A DNA stretch of 64,000 bases from Candidatus Firestoneibacteriota bacterium (lineage in GTDB: Bacteria > Oederibacteriota > D2-FULL-39-29 > CAIOVX01), in assembly GCA_903894145.1 (NCBI GenBank), contig CAITPB010000195.1:3607-67606 (forward strand), written 5' to 3'. The notes under the pieces are model-generated. The model worked only from the letters and a program-made list of their open reading frames with translations, did not search any database and was not told the origin of the DNA. Position numbers and translations under genes: made by a program. Positions 28,226 through 37,117 of this stretch are shown piece after piece; the first letter of the stretch is position 1, and each line of letters begins with the position of its first letter.

Positions 28226-29206
28226 TTAGGCGTTATTCTCTTCCATCTCTTTCATTATGCCGTCGAACTGCGCCAGTGTCTCCATAGTATTTATTTTATC
28301 TCTTATATTTTTCAGACCTTGACAACCCTTCAGATAATAATGCAGCTGCTTTCTGAACTCTCTGAGTCCCCGTTTCTCCCCTTTATATTTCGAGACCAAA
28401 TCGGCATGCCTGCGTATTAGCGGGGCCCTGGCCGAGAAATTCTTTTTATTTTCCTCTTTCCCCTGGAGATACTCAATTATTTCGCCGAAAACCCAGGGAT
28501 TTCCCATGCACGCGCGCCCAATCATCAATGCATCGCAACCTGTCTCCTTAAACATTCTCTCGGCATCCCTGCCGTTCTTCACATCACCGCTTCCAATAAC
28601 CGGTATCCTGACGCTTTTCTTCACTTTCGCTATAACCGTCCAATCCGCCGCACCGGAGAAAAGCTGAGTTTTAAACCTGGGATGAAGGGCAAGCGCGGAA
28701 ACACCGCAATTCTCCGCGGCCTTGGCAACTTCAACAGCGTTCATGCTATCGCTGTCCCAACCGGAACGTATTTTTATGGTTATCGGAACCTTAGACGCCT
28801 TTTTCATTATGCGCATTATTTTCTCAAGATGAAGCAGGTCTTTAAGCAGAAAAGCCCCGGAGTTTGACTTGAGTACCTTGTTTACCGAACATCCGCAGTT
28901 AAAATCTATTATATCAGCCTTATCGTTTATCATATGCACGGCGCGTTCTATACTTTCAAGCTTGTACCCGAAAAGCTGCAGGGCTACCGGCCGTTCTTCC
29001 GGCTCAACCATTGTATATCTCATTGTTTTGTTGCCGCTTCTGATAAGCCCCTCAACGCTGATCATCTCTGAATATACAAGACCAACGCCCATATCCTTAA
29101 CCAGCAGCCGAAAGGGTATATCTGATATTCCGGCCATAGGGGCAAGAAAAATATTATTAGAGACGGTTAGTCCGCCGATCTGCACCCTTTTTACAAGTTT
29201 TTCCAT
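28226..29206 (-). CDS. tRNA-dihydrouridine synthase (DusB-like)
   Basis: Start moved to MEKLVKRVQIGG (29206, AAGGGG RBS). LAPMAGISDIPFRLL and a catalytic-cysteine region. FMN TIM-barrel signature. Confidence 0.85.
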   Translation of the reverse strand: MEKLVKRVQIGGLTVSNNIFLAPMAGISDIPFRLLVKDMGVGLVYSEMISVEGLIRSGNKTMRYTMVEPEERPVALQLFGYKLESIERAVHMINDKADIIDFNCGCSVNKVLKSNSGAFLLKDLLHLEKIMRIMKKASKVPITIKIRSGWDSDSMNAVEVAKAAENCGVSALALHPRFKTQLFSGAADWTVIAKVKKSVRIPVIGSGDVKNGRDAERMFKETGCDALMIGRACMGNPWVFGEIIEYLQGKEENKKNFSARAPLIRRHADLVSKYKGEKRGLREFRKQLHYYLKGCQGLKNIRDKINTMETLAQFDGIMKEMEENNA

Positions 29207-29220
29207 TTTTCCCCTTGCGT

Positions 29221-29252
29221 AAAAAAAAAGGCCCCCGTTCAACGAGGGCCTT
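29221..29252 (-). terminator. intrinsic terminator after the small ferredoxin gene, abutting the dus RBS
   Basis: Stem ggcccccg/cgagggcc with one mismatch and loop ttcaa. Followed on the minus strand by U9 (plus A-run 29221-29229). Confidence 0.6.
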
Positions 29253-29266
29253 CTTGCATACCGTCG

Positions 29267-29437
29267 TTATGCCGGTTTGCAGCTATCTTGAGGGCATACG
29301 TTCGCGCATGCGCCGCAATCAGTGCATTTTGCCGCGTCTATAATGTACTTGGGATCGCCTTCTGAAATCGCTTCCGAAGGGCATTCCGGTTTGCACGCGC
29401 CGCACGCTACGCAATCATCATTTATCTTGTAAGCCAT
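29267..29437 (-). CDS. 56-aa 2x[4Fe-4S] ferredoxin (absent from the ORF track because it is under 60 aa)
   Basis: My translation reads MAYKINDDCVACGACKPECPSEAISEGDPKYIIDAAKCTDCGACANVCPQDSCKPA*, with two CxxCxxCxxxCP motifs. AGGAGG RBS 6 nt upstream. Own promoter and own terminator. Confidence 0.8.
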   Translation of the reverse strand: MAYKINDDCVACGACKPECPSEAISEGDPKYIIDAAKCTDCGACANVCPQDSCKPA

Positions 29438-29481
29438 ATAATCCTCCTGGTCTGAATTTTCCCCTGAACCGCAGTTTTGTT

Positions 29482-29510
29482 AGTATAGTAAATGCACGCG
29501 CATTTATCAA
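29482..29510 (-). promoter_or_regulatory. near-consensus sigma70 promoter of the ferredoxin gene with an 18-bp palindrome in the spacer
   Basis: On the minus strand, TTGATA (plus 29505-29510), a 17-nt spacer, then TATACT (plus 29482-29487). The spacer contains TAAATGCACGCGCATTTA (29489-29506), a perfect inverted repeat AAATGC-N4-GCATTT. Confidence 0.5.
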
Positions 29511-29518
29511 TGTTTTTT

Positions 29519-30343
29519 TTAGCGCTTTCCGTAACCGTAGAAGAAGTCCTTCCTTACAAATGCAAATGGGTCCACGCATACGCCAAAAACATATGCCCCC
29601 CAGTGAAGATGCGGTCCGGTCGAGAAACCCGTGGAGCCTACAGCGCCTATCACCTGCCCTTTCTCGACGCTGTCGCCGGCTTTTACGTTGAAACTGCTAA
29701 GGTGAAAATAGACGCTCACTACACCTTGTCCGTGGTCAAGCGCAATTGAATTCCCGGAGGCAATCGTTTTCTCACAATAGAGCACCCGTCCTGCAGCAGC
29801 GCTCTTTACAGGTTCACCGGAAGCTCCGCCAAGATCGACTCCTCTGTGCCCGCCTCCCGGCAAACCGTTTACGATACGGTTTACGCCGAACGGAGTTTTT
29901 ACTGCGCCGGGGACCGGTTTGCCGAACTTTCCGGACCAGAGTTTCCTTCCGCTGACCGTTGCTATGGCCTTAAGAATCCTATCGTGTTCGGCAGCTGCTT
30001 TCGCTTCATCTATGTTTTCTTTTGCAGGTATACTGAGTTTCTCGGTTTTTGCAGCCGTGACTGTCAACTTTAACCGTACTTTTTCTTCTCCGCATGAAAC
30101 TTCGATGCTTTCCTGCGCGTCGAAGGGAACCCCGGCAAAACACTTTTTCGTGCCGTCGTTGTAGGGGAAAAGCGGGAGGGTCTTTTTTCCAAACCTTAGG
30201 CCGTCTGCTGCGCTGCCGGAAACAGAAACAAGAACTACATCACCAGGGCTTACTGTTTTTGAAGAGATGGAGATTGCGCATATAAGCGGCAAAGGCAGCA
30301 AGAAAAACGCGCTCGCTGCCATTAGGCGGAGGCCCTGCCTCAT
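29519..30343 (-). CDS. M23 family metallopeptidase (secreted)
   Basis: Signal peptide. HRGVDLG...HLHWG motifs (HxxxD and HxH) of the LytM/M23 family. Confidence 0.85.
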   Translation of the reverse strand: MRQGLRLMAASAFFLLPLPLICAISISSKTVSPGDVVLVSVSGSAADGLRFGKKTLPLFPYNDGTKKCFAGVPFDAQESIEVSCGEEKVRLKLTVTAAKTEKLSIPAKENIDEAKAAAEHDRILKAIATVSGRKLWSGKFGKPVPGAVKTPFGVNRIVNGLPGGGHRGVDLGGASGEPVKSAAAGRVLYCEKTIASGNSIALDHGQGVVSVYFHLSSFNVKAGDSVEKGQVIGAVGSTGFSTGPHLHWGAYVFGVCVDPFAFVRKDFFYGYGKR

Positions 30344-31218
30344 TCGGTTATTTTCTTGAGAGCTTCAAGATATTTCTCGGAAGTCTTTAATATTATTTCT
30401 TCCGGGAGAGCCGGAGCTGGAGGCTGCTTGTTCCACTTTATTGACAGAAGGTAGTCGCGCACAAACTGCTTGTCAAAGCTTGGCTGTCCCTTCCCAGGTT
30501 CGTAAGACGACATTGGCCAGAACCTTGACGAATCCGGCGTCATGCATTCGTCTATAAGCATAAGTTCGCCGTTGTACAGGCCAAATTCATATTTGGTGTC
30601 GGCTATAATTATCCCCTTCTTGGCAGCAAGGCCCGCCGCTTTTTTATAGACCGCGATGCTTTTTTCGCGCAGGCCATTGGCCGTTTTTTTTCCTGCAATC
30701 CTAACGACCCCGCCAAAATCTATGTTCTCGTCGTGAACACCGACTTCCGCCTTGGTGGTGGGCGTAAAGATTGGTTCCGGAAGTTTGGATGATTCCAGAA
30801 GACCTTTAGGCAGTGTAATGCCGCAGACAGAGCCGATCTTTTTGTATTCTTCCCATCCTGAACCCGACAGATAACCCCTGACAATGCATTCAGCCATTAC
30901 CGGCTGCACTTTTTTGACTATCATGACGCGGCCTTCAAGCTGCTCCCTAAACTGAGCGAGTTCAGGGTAGCCGTCTATCGATGTCGAGATTATGTGGTTA
31001 GGAATAATATCTTCAACCTGTTTAAACCAGTATTCCGAAATCTTAGTGAGGACCATTCCTTTATTTGGGATACCCTGCCCGAAAACAACGTCAAAAGCCG
31101 AAAGCCTGTCGGTTGCGACCATGAGGAGCGCGTCTTTAATCTCGTAAAGATCGCGCACCTTGCCTTTCTTTAGGAACTTAATCCCCGGCAGTTTTGTTTC
31201 AAGCACGACTTTTGGCAT
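30340..31218 (-). CDS. purC: phosphoribosylaminoimidazole-succinocarboxamide synthase
   Basis: Start moved to MPKVVLET (31218, GAAGGAGGG RBS). GKVRDLYE...DRLSAFD SAICAR synthetase motifs. Confidence 0.85.
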   Translation of the reverse strand: MPKVVLETKLPGIKFLKKGKVRDLYEIKDALLMVATDRLSAFDVVFGQGIPNKGMVLTKISEYWFKQVEDIIPNHIISTSIDGYPELAQFREQLEGRVMIVKKVQPVMAECIVRGYLSGSGWEEYKKIGSVCGITLPKGLLESSKLPEPIFTPTTKAEVGVHDENIDFGGVVRIAGKKTANGLREKSIAVYKKAAGLAAKKGIIIADTKYEFGLYNGELMLIDECMTPDSSRFWPMSSYEPGKGQPSFDKQFVRDYLLSIKWNKQPPAPALPEEIILKTSEKYLEALKKITE

Positions 31219-31335
31219 TAGCCCTCCTTCAAGTGTTTTAAAGATAATAGCATTAAAATATGGCGCGGTCAAGATTATGCGCTTGTGCAGAAGAACTCAC
31301 CGGACTTTAAGACGTGGAAGCTCATGAAGTTAAGT

Positions 31336-31364
31336 TTGAACGAGGCGCTGGCATGTTGTATAAT
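31336..31364 (+). promoter_or_regulatory. consensus sigma70 promoter for the downstream hypothetical gene
   Basis: TTGAAC (31336-31341), a 17-nt spacer, then a perfect TATAAT (31359-31364). Confidence 0.55.
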
Positions 31365-31389
31365 TCATAAAGAACCCCGGAGGCTACAA

Positions 31390-32520
31390 ATGCTAAAAGT
31401 AAAGATAACAGCAGGGCAGCATAAAAGGATTGCTTGCCCGGTAATAGTGCCGCTTGACATTGATTACAAAGGGCCTGTCAAACTCAAGGGAAAAAACGTT
31501 GAATTCAACGGAGAGGCAAAAACAGCCGGCGGCAAGAGCGCTTTGATATTCATGATTGACACGCTCGCTGCAGGCAGCGAAGAAATCTTCGATGTGGAGA
31601 AAACTGCCGAGAACCGGGAGAAAATCACCTTCAAAGAAATTGGCAGCGAAAAACTTGAAATTTACAAAGGGAAACACCTTCTCACTAATTACTGGTGCGA
31701 CAACAAGTTCTCAAAACCTTTCATCCATCCAATCCCCTTCTTTGGCCTTTCTTCCGTGACCAGAAACTTTCCTATGGTCAATGTCCCGGGTGAAAGCACT
31801 GACCACAAGCATCACCGCTCCATCTGGACCGCCTGGGGCGACGTAAACGGGATTGACTGCTGGAGCGAAGAAGAGGGGCACGGGTTTATAATTCAGAAGT
31901 ATTTCACGCTGTTCAGCGAGGGTTACACTTCCGCAAACTTCAGAATGCTCAACCACTGGACTGACCGCAATAGAAAAAAACTCCTGGAAGAGAACAGGTC
32001 CGTCACGATATATAATGCCGGTGAAGACTTCTGTCTAATAGATTTCGAGAGCAAGTATTTCGCGTCCGAAAGCGATGTGGTTTTCGGGGACACGAAGGAA
32101 GGCGGCCTGCTCTGCGTCAGGATGGCTACTCCTCTTGAAGGAGACAAAGGAGGCCGAATTGCGAACGCCTACGGCGCCCTCGGAGAGGAAGAGTGCTGGG
32201 GCAAGAAAGCGCCCTGGTGTGACTACTCAGGCACAATGGAAAACAAAAAAGTCGGCATAACCTTGTTTGACTCACCTAACAATCCCGGATACCCGGTTCA
32301 CTGGCACGCGAGAAATTACGGCCTATTTGCCGCAAATCCTTTCGGAGTTTCAGGATTTACCGGCAATAGACAGTTAAACGGCAGCTATACTCTCAAGAAA
32401 GGAAACGAGATGATTTTTGAGCACAGAATGCTTATACACAAAGGCGGGCTTGAAGAATCAGTTCCGGAAATCCATTTCAACAATTATATAAACCCTCCGA
32501 AAGTAACAATCTTGCTTTAG
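31390..32520 (+). CDS. hypothetical cytoplasmic protein with conserved His clusters; possible PmoA-like/DUF6807-type family
   Basis: Start moved to MLKVKITAG (31390, GGAGG RBS). No signal peptide or TM. Motifs TDHKHHRSIWTAWGD and HWHARNYGLFAANPFG resemble what I recall of the PmoA-family (PF14100-like) proteins. This could not be verified. Confidence 0.4.
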   Translation: MLKVKITAGQHKRIACPVIVPLDIDYKGPVKLKGKNVEFNGEAKTAGGKSALIFMIDTLAAGSEEIFDVEKTAENREKITFKEIGSEKLEIYKGKHLLTNYWCDNKFSKPFIHPIPFFGLSSVTRNFPMVNVPGESTDHKHHRSIWTAWGDVNGIDCWSEEEGHGFIIQKYFTLFSEGYTSANFRMLNHWTDRNRKKLLEENRSVTIYNAGEDFCLIDFESKYFASESDVVFGDTKEGGLLCVRMATPLEGDKGGRIANAYGALGEEECWGKKAPWCDYSGTMENKKVGITLFDSPNNPGYPVHWHARNYGLFAANPFGVSGFTGNRQLNGSYTLKKGNEMIFEHRMLIHKGGLEESVPEIHFNNYINPPKVTILL

Positions 32521-32537
32521 CGGAGCTGTTTAGAGCT

Positions 32538-34406
32538 TTACAAAGTTCTAAGCCACAGTTCAAGCTGAAGGACAGCCCACAGTTTTCTCCCATTGTCCTT
32601 TTTGCCGCTCAAGTGTTCTTTCAGAAGCACATCAAGATAAACTCTGTTAAACCTGCCGGAGCTTACGGACTCTTTAGACAAAACTTTATCCGAGTAAAGC
32701 ATTCCCAGCTCCCCCCTAAACCAGCCTGAGACAGGCGAACCGAAGCCGTGTTTTTTTCTATTTATTATCCCGCCCGGAAGAATGCCGGCATATGCTTTCT
32801 TGAGTATGTATTTTGACACCCCGTTCCTTATTTTTAATTCATCCGGGAGCGTAAAGGCAAACTCAACAAGTTCAGTATCAAGCAGCGGTGACCTGGATTC
32901 AAGTGACGCTGCCATGCTCGCTCTATCCATTTTTGTATTCAGATTGTACTTTAGATACGAGTTAAAATTCATATTCAGCAGCGACTTCAGAAGGCTTTTC
33001 TCCTTATTCCCTTCAAGCAATTCCTCCTGTTTCTTACGCGCCTCGCGCAGCGCGGCTGAATAATCCGGCGGAAGCAATAATTGCAATTCATCTTTGCCGA
33101 AAACTGAAAACCAGCCGTCATGCCGGCTGAAGATATCCTCTCCTATCCCTGCAGAAAACCTTTCCAGCCTGTTCTTCAAACCATGTATGGACAAAGTGCG
33201 CGGCAACATGCGTGAAAGCAAGCGGAGCAGTTTTTGCTGAACCAGCGGCATGCGTTTCGCAAGCAGCGCAGCGCGGAATCTGTCATAACCAGCGAAACAT
33301 TCATCCCCTCCGTCGCCTGTCAGAACAACGGTCACATGCTTCCTGGCTTCGCGCGAGACGAGAAGCGCAGGAACCGCGGAGGAATCTCCGAATGGCTGGT
33401 CAAAAATTCCCGGCAGCTCCAGCACAGCCTCTGCCGGGCTGCTCTTGATAATTAATTCAGTGTGATCAGTCTTAAACAACCTTGAAACAAGCGCGGCATG
33501 TTTCCTCTCGTCAAATGAAACAGCGCCGTGAAATCCGGCGCAGAATGTTTTCACTCTTCCCTTGGCCGAGGCAGCAGCGCAGACAACAGATGAGTCAAGT
33601 CCGCCGCTGAGAAGCAAGCCTACCGGAACATCCGCAATAAGCCTTTTCTCAACCGCGCGTTCGACAATTTCCCTGACTCTGCGGGCAGCTTCTTCCTCTC
33701 CGATATCGATAGTTTCGTCTTTCAGTCTCCAGTAGCTGCTCAGCTCCGGGCTGCCGCGGGAAGACAGGATCAGCTTCTCCCCTGCAGGCAGTTCTTGTAT
33801 TTCAGAATACGCGGTGTCCGGAGCAGAAATATACCCATATGAAAGATACTCGGCAAGCGCCGGTTCATTTATGGACCTAATAATCCATGGACAGCGCAAA
33901 AGCGCCTTAATTTCTGACGCGAATGCAAACTTTCCGCCGGAAGAAGAATAGAAGACCGGCTTTTTCCCGGCCCTGTCGCGCGCCAGTATTAACGTCCCTG
34001 AACATTTATCGAGAAGGGCCAGGCCGAACATGCCGTCAAGTCTTGACGTGAAATCAGTACCGTATTGCTCATAAAGGTGGACGATTACCTCGGTATCAGA
34101 GGAGGAACGGAAAATATGGCCTGCTTCTTGAAGTGAAGCCCTTAGCTCGCGAAAATTGTAAATCTCGCCGTTGAACACAACCCAGACTGAGCCATTCTCG
34201 TTTCCCACCGGCTGGTCGCCGGCGGTGCTTAAGTCCTGTATCCTGAGGCGTGTAGCTCCAAGCATCGCCTGGCCTGATTCAAGTTGAACTATCATACTTC
34301 CGGAGGAGTCAGGCCCGCGGTGAGAAAGAGCGGCCGCCATTCCGGCAGCAATCTCAGGCCCAAGCGCTGATCCTTTATCGCCTAAATACCCGAAAATTCC
34401 GCACAT
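32538..34406 (-). CDS. asnB: asparagine synthase (glutamine-hydrolysing)
   Basis: MCGIFGY Ntn-amidotransferase N-terminus plus the SGGLDSS PP-loop. Confidence 0.9.
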   Translation of the reverse strand: MCGIFGYLGDKGSALGPEIAAGMAAALSHRGPDSSGSMIVQLESGQAMLGATRLRIQDLSTAGDQPVGNENGSVWVVFNGEIYNFRELRASLQEAGHIFRSSSDTEVIVHLYEQYGTDFTSRLDGMFGLALLDKCSGTLILARDRAGKKPVFYSSSGGKFAFASEIKALLRCPWIIRSINEPALAEYLSYGYISAPDTAYSEIQELPAGEKLILSSRGSPELSSYWRLKDETIDIGEEEAARRVREIVERAVEKRLIADVPVGLLLSGGLDSSVVCAAASAKGRVKTFCAGFHGAVSFDERKHAALVSRLFKTDHTELIIKSSPAEAVLELPGIFDQPFGDSSAVPALLVSREARKHVTVVLTGDGGDECFAGYDRFRAALLAKRMPLVQQKLLRLLSRMLPRTLSIHGLKNRLERFSAGIGEDIFSRHDGWFSVFGKDELQLLLPPDYSAALREARKKQEELLEGNKEKSLLKSLLNMNFNSYLKYNLNTKMDRASMAASLESRSPLLDTELVEFAFTLPDELKIRNGVSKYILKKAYAGILPGGIINRKKHGFGSPVSGWFRGELGMLYSDKVLSKESVSSGRFNRVYLDVLLKEHLSGKKDNGRKLWAVLQLELWLRTL

Positions 34407-34432
34407 AAAGGCCCCTCTTTTTGCTTATTCAC

Positions 34433-35563
34433 CTAACGGATCCAGACAAATTTTCCGTTTTCAACCTTATAGAAATAGACTTGTTTGCCGATGACATCGC
34501 CTTTTGAATCAAAAGAGACGACTCCTGTTACGCCGCGGTACTCCTTTGTTGCGGATATATTCCGCACAACTTTTGCCCGCGAGAGGTTCGCCGCGCCTTC
34601 AGACTTTACCGCCGCGGCAATTGCGTTAATTATGATATTCGCTGCGTCATAAGCGTAGGGCGCATAGATCTTTACTTCCCCGTATTTCTTGTTGTACTTA
34701 CCGACAAAATCTTTCGCGGCCGGAACTTGCTCGTACGGAGGCGCTACAAAGGTGATGACGGTGCCTTCGGCCGCCTTCTCCGCGAGCCTTATAAACTCCG
34801 GGACATAAAGTCCGTCAGCGGAGAATAGGACAGCCTTGAGGTTCAGCGAGCTCATCTGTTTGGCAATCAAAGCGCCTTCAGGATACATACCCCCGAAATA
34901 AAGCACTTCGGGTTTCATTTCCTTTATTTTTGTAAGGACAGCCGAGTAATCCAGTTCTCCCTGAGACACGCCGTCAAAGGAAAGTATTATTCCGCCGTTC
35001 GCGAGAACAGCCTTGCGGAACTCTTCCGCAACTCCCTGTCCGTAGGCGGTCTTATCGTGCAGAACGGCGAACTTTTTTTTATGAAGTTTCCTGACCGCGA
35101 ACTCGCCGGCACCGGCTCCGAGCACGTCATCAACCGGACACGTCCTGAAAACATTTGCGAGACCGCGGAGCGTAATCTGCGGGTTTGTTGAGGAGGGGGT
35201 AATCATTGCGAGACCAGCCCTGGCGTATATCTCTGATGCCGGAAGCGAACATCCGGATACGAGGTGACCGATGACGGCAAAACATTCCGGGTCAGATGCG
35301 AGTTTGTTCGCGACATTGGCCGCTTCCTTAACCTGCGATTGATCATCATAGGCGGCAACTTCAATTTTTATTCCAGACTTGTCATTCGCATTGAATTCTT
35401 CAGCGGCAAGTTTAACGGCATTCGCAACATCCCTGCCGATTGCCGACTGGGGCCCGGTAAGCGGAACTGCAACACCAATTTTAATGGAGCCGCTGTGACG
35501 GGCGCAACCTGCAACAACAAAACAAAAAACCGGAAAAAACAGCAAAGAAAAGCATTTTCTCAT
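34433..35563 (-). CDS. branched-chain amino acid ABC transporter substrate-binding lipoprotein (LivK/LivJ family)
   Basis: Lipoprotein signal ...VVAGC. IGVAVPLTGPQSAIG motif typical of Peripla_BP_6. Confidence 0.8.
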   Translation of the reverse strand: MRKCFSLLFFPVFCFVVAGCARHSGSIKIGVAVPLTGPQSAIGRDVANAVKLAAEEFNANDKSGIKIEVAAYDDQSQVKEAANVANKLASDPECFAVIGHLVSGCSLPASEIYARAGLAMITPSSTNPQITLRGLANVFRTCPVDDVLGAGAGEFAVRKLHKKKFAVLHDKTAYGQGVAEEFRKAVLANGGIILSFDGVSQGELDYSAVLTKIKEMKPEVLYFGGMYPEGALIAKQMSSLNLKAVLFSADGLYVPEFIRLAEKAAEGTVITFVAPPYEQVPAAKDFVGKYNKKYGEVKIYAPYAYDAANIIINAIAAAVKSEGAANLSRAKVVRNISATKEYRGVTGVVSFDSKGDVIGKQVYFYKVENGKFVWIR

Positions 35564-35584
35564 TCCAGCCTCCGTTAAAAAAGA

Positions 35585-35626
35585 GGATACAGTAAACAGT
35601 AAAAGTTAATACCGTCCGCTGTATCC
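35585..35626 (-). terminator. stem-loop (8-bp stem, 26-nt loop) with a U-run, downstream of the wHTH gene
   Basis: GGATACAG (35585-35592) pairs with CTGTATCC (35619-35626). Followed on the minus strand by UCUUUUUU, and on the plus strand by GGTTTTATTTTTT. Confidence 0.4.
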
Positions 35627-35650
35627 GGTTTTATTTTTTGCTCAAAGGCG

Positions 35651-35848
35651 CTACTTCAGCGCGACCCTTATGGTTCCGCCGTCCCTTCTTAAGACCGCCT
35701 TTCCTTCTTTTGCGAGCCAGCCTAATCCTATGTAGATTAGTGAATCCGGCATTTTTGTCTCTTTCTTTATTTTTGATACCGAGCACTCGCCTTTTCCGTT
35801 CAGGTATTCCCAAACCCTCCCCGGAGCCTTGCATACTTCGTCCATCAT
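35651..35848 (-). CDS. small winged-helix DNA-binding protein (DUF2582-like)
   Basis: 65 aa. MMDEVCKAPGRVWEYLNGKGECSVSKIKKETKMPDSLIYIGLGWLAKEGKAV resembles the small wHTH family recalled as DUF2582. Last gene of the operon. Confidence 0.45.
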   Translation of the reverse strand: MMDEVCKAPGRVWEYLNGKGECSVSKIKKETKMPDSLIYIGLGWLAKEGKAVLRRDGGTIRVALK

Positions 35849-35861
35849 AAACAGCCTCCCC

Positions 35862-37082
35862 CTAAAGACGATTCGAAAGAAATTCAGCTATGTGCATAAC
35901 TTCTGTTTTAATGCTAGCACTTCGTGTAAAGTTTATCAACTGCAACTTGCAAGCCGGACAGGCCGTCAGCGTTATGCCGGCTCCTGTGCTTTTAATATTT
36001 TCCGCCTTTTTCCTGCCTATCTTGCTCGCAATCTCAGGGAAGTACACATGGTAAAAACCGCCTGACCCGCAGCAGGAAGCTCCGCCGGGAAGTTCTTTAA
36101 ATACAGCGCCGGGTGCCGCAGCTATTAAGCTTCTGGGTTCCTGCGAAATTCCCAGAGAATTAATCAGGTGGCAGGGGTCATGATAGGTTACTGTTGAATT
36201 CAGTTCTTTCAAAGGAGGCAAATCCCCGATATTTTTCGCGACCAGCTCCGTAAAATCAGACATCAAAGGAACAATCTTCTTCAGTTTCTCTTCGTATTCC
36301 GCGTCGCCTTTTATTATGGATTGGTATTTCTGTTTTAAAGCAACGATGCAGGTCGGGCATCCGGACACTATGGCATCATACTTTTTAGATGACATAAGGT
36401 CGATATTGATCCTGGCGCTTTTTCCCAGGGACGCTGAATCTCCGCTTATCATGAGCGGCATGCCGCAGCATCTTTCGTCAGGAGAGATTTCTACGTCATA
36501 GCCCGCAGCGTTTAGGACTTTTATCACGGCTTCCGCGGTATCCGAGAACATAAACCGGTCAACACACCCGACAAAGAAGAAGGCCTTTTTTGCCCTGCCT
36601 GTGCCGGCCTCCATGTTCTTCAAGGCCTTTTTCAAACGCGGGATATTCTTCAGCGAAAGAGCCCCCGCCGGCACATCCAGCGGCATCGGTACATTGCTTA
36701 TAAAATTATTATAGACAAGCCTCGCCCAGTAAGCCGAGAGTTTCCGGAGACGCTTGTCACCGAGCGCGGCCTTTAGCAGTTTTTTCTTCCAGTCAAGGCC
36801 GTATTTGCCTCTGAACTCCGCGCGCATTTCCGCGATGGCGTCGGTTGTGTGAAGCCCTCCGGGGCAGTTTTTGTAGCACGATTCGCACATCAGGCAGTTG
36901 GAGAGCACCTTGCGGAGAATTTTGTCGTTCTTTAGCGTGCCTTCGCGGTAGGCTTTTATTAGTCTCAGTTTGGCCCGCGGAGAGACGGTTTCGTCCTTGA
37001 GTTCCCTATAGACAGGGCACTGGTTTACGCAAAACCCGCATTTTAGACATCTGTTAGTTATGTCGCTCGCGTTCTCGGCCAA
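35862..37082 (-). CDS. (Fe-S)-binding oxidoreductase subunit, GlcF/heterodisulfide-reductase-like (2x[4Fe-4S] + two CCG domains)
   Basis: CLKCGFCVNQCP and CLMCESCYKNCP motifs. CCG motifs CCGMP... and CCGSGG. Confidence 0.8.
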   Translation of the reverse strand: MAENASDITNRCLKCGFCVNQCPVYRELKDETVSPRAKLRLIKAYREGTLKNDKILRKVLSNCLMCESCYKNCPGGLHTTDAIAEMRAEFRGKYGLDWKKKLLKAALGDKRLRKLSAYWARLVYNNFISNVPMPLDVPAGALSLKNIPRLKKALKNMEAGTGRAKKAFFFVGCVDRFMFSDTAEAVIKVLNAAGYDVEISPDERCCGMPLMISGDSASLGKSARINIDLMSSKKYDAIVSGCPTCIVALKQKYQSIIKGDAEYEEKLKKIVPLMSDFTELVAKNIGDLPPLKELNSTVTYHDPCHLINSLGISQEPRSLIAAAPGAVFKELPGGASCCGSGGFYHVYFPEIASKIGRKKAENIKSTGAGITLTACPACKLQLINFTRSASIKTEVMHIAEFLSNRL

Positions 37083-37117
37083 AATTACCTCTGTTAATCG
37101 AAATCTAACCTTCTCTT

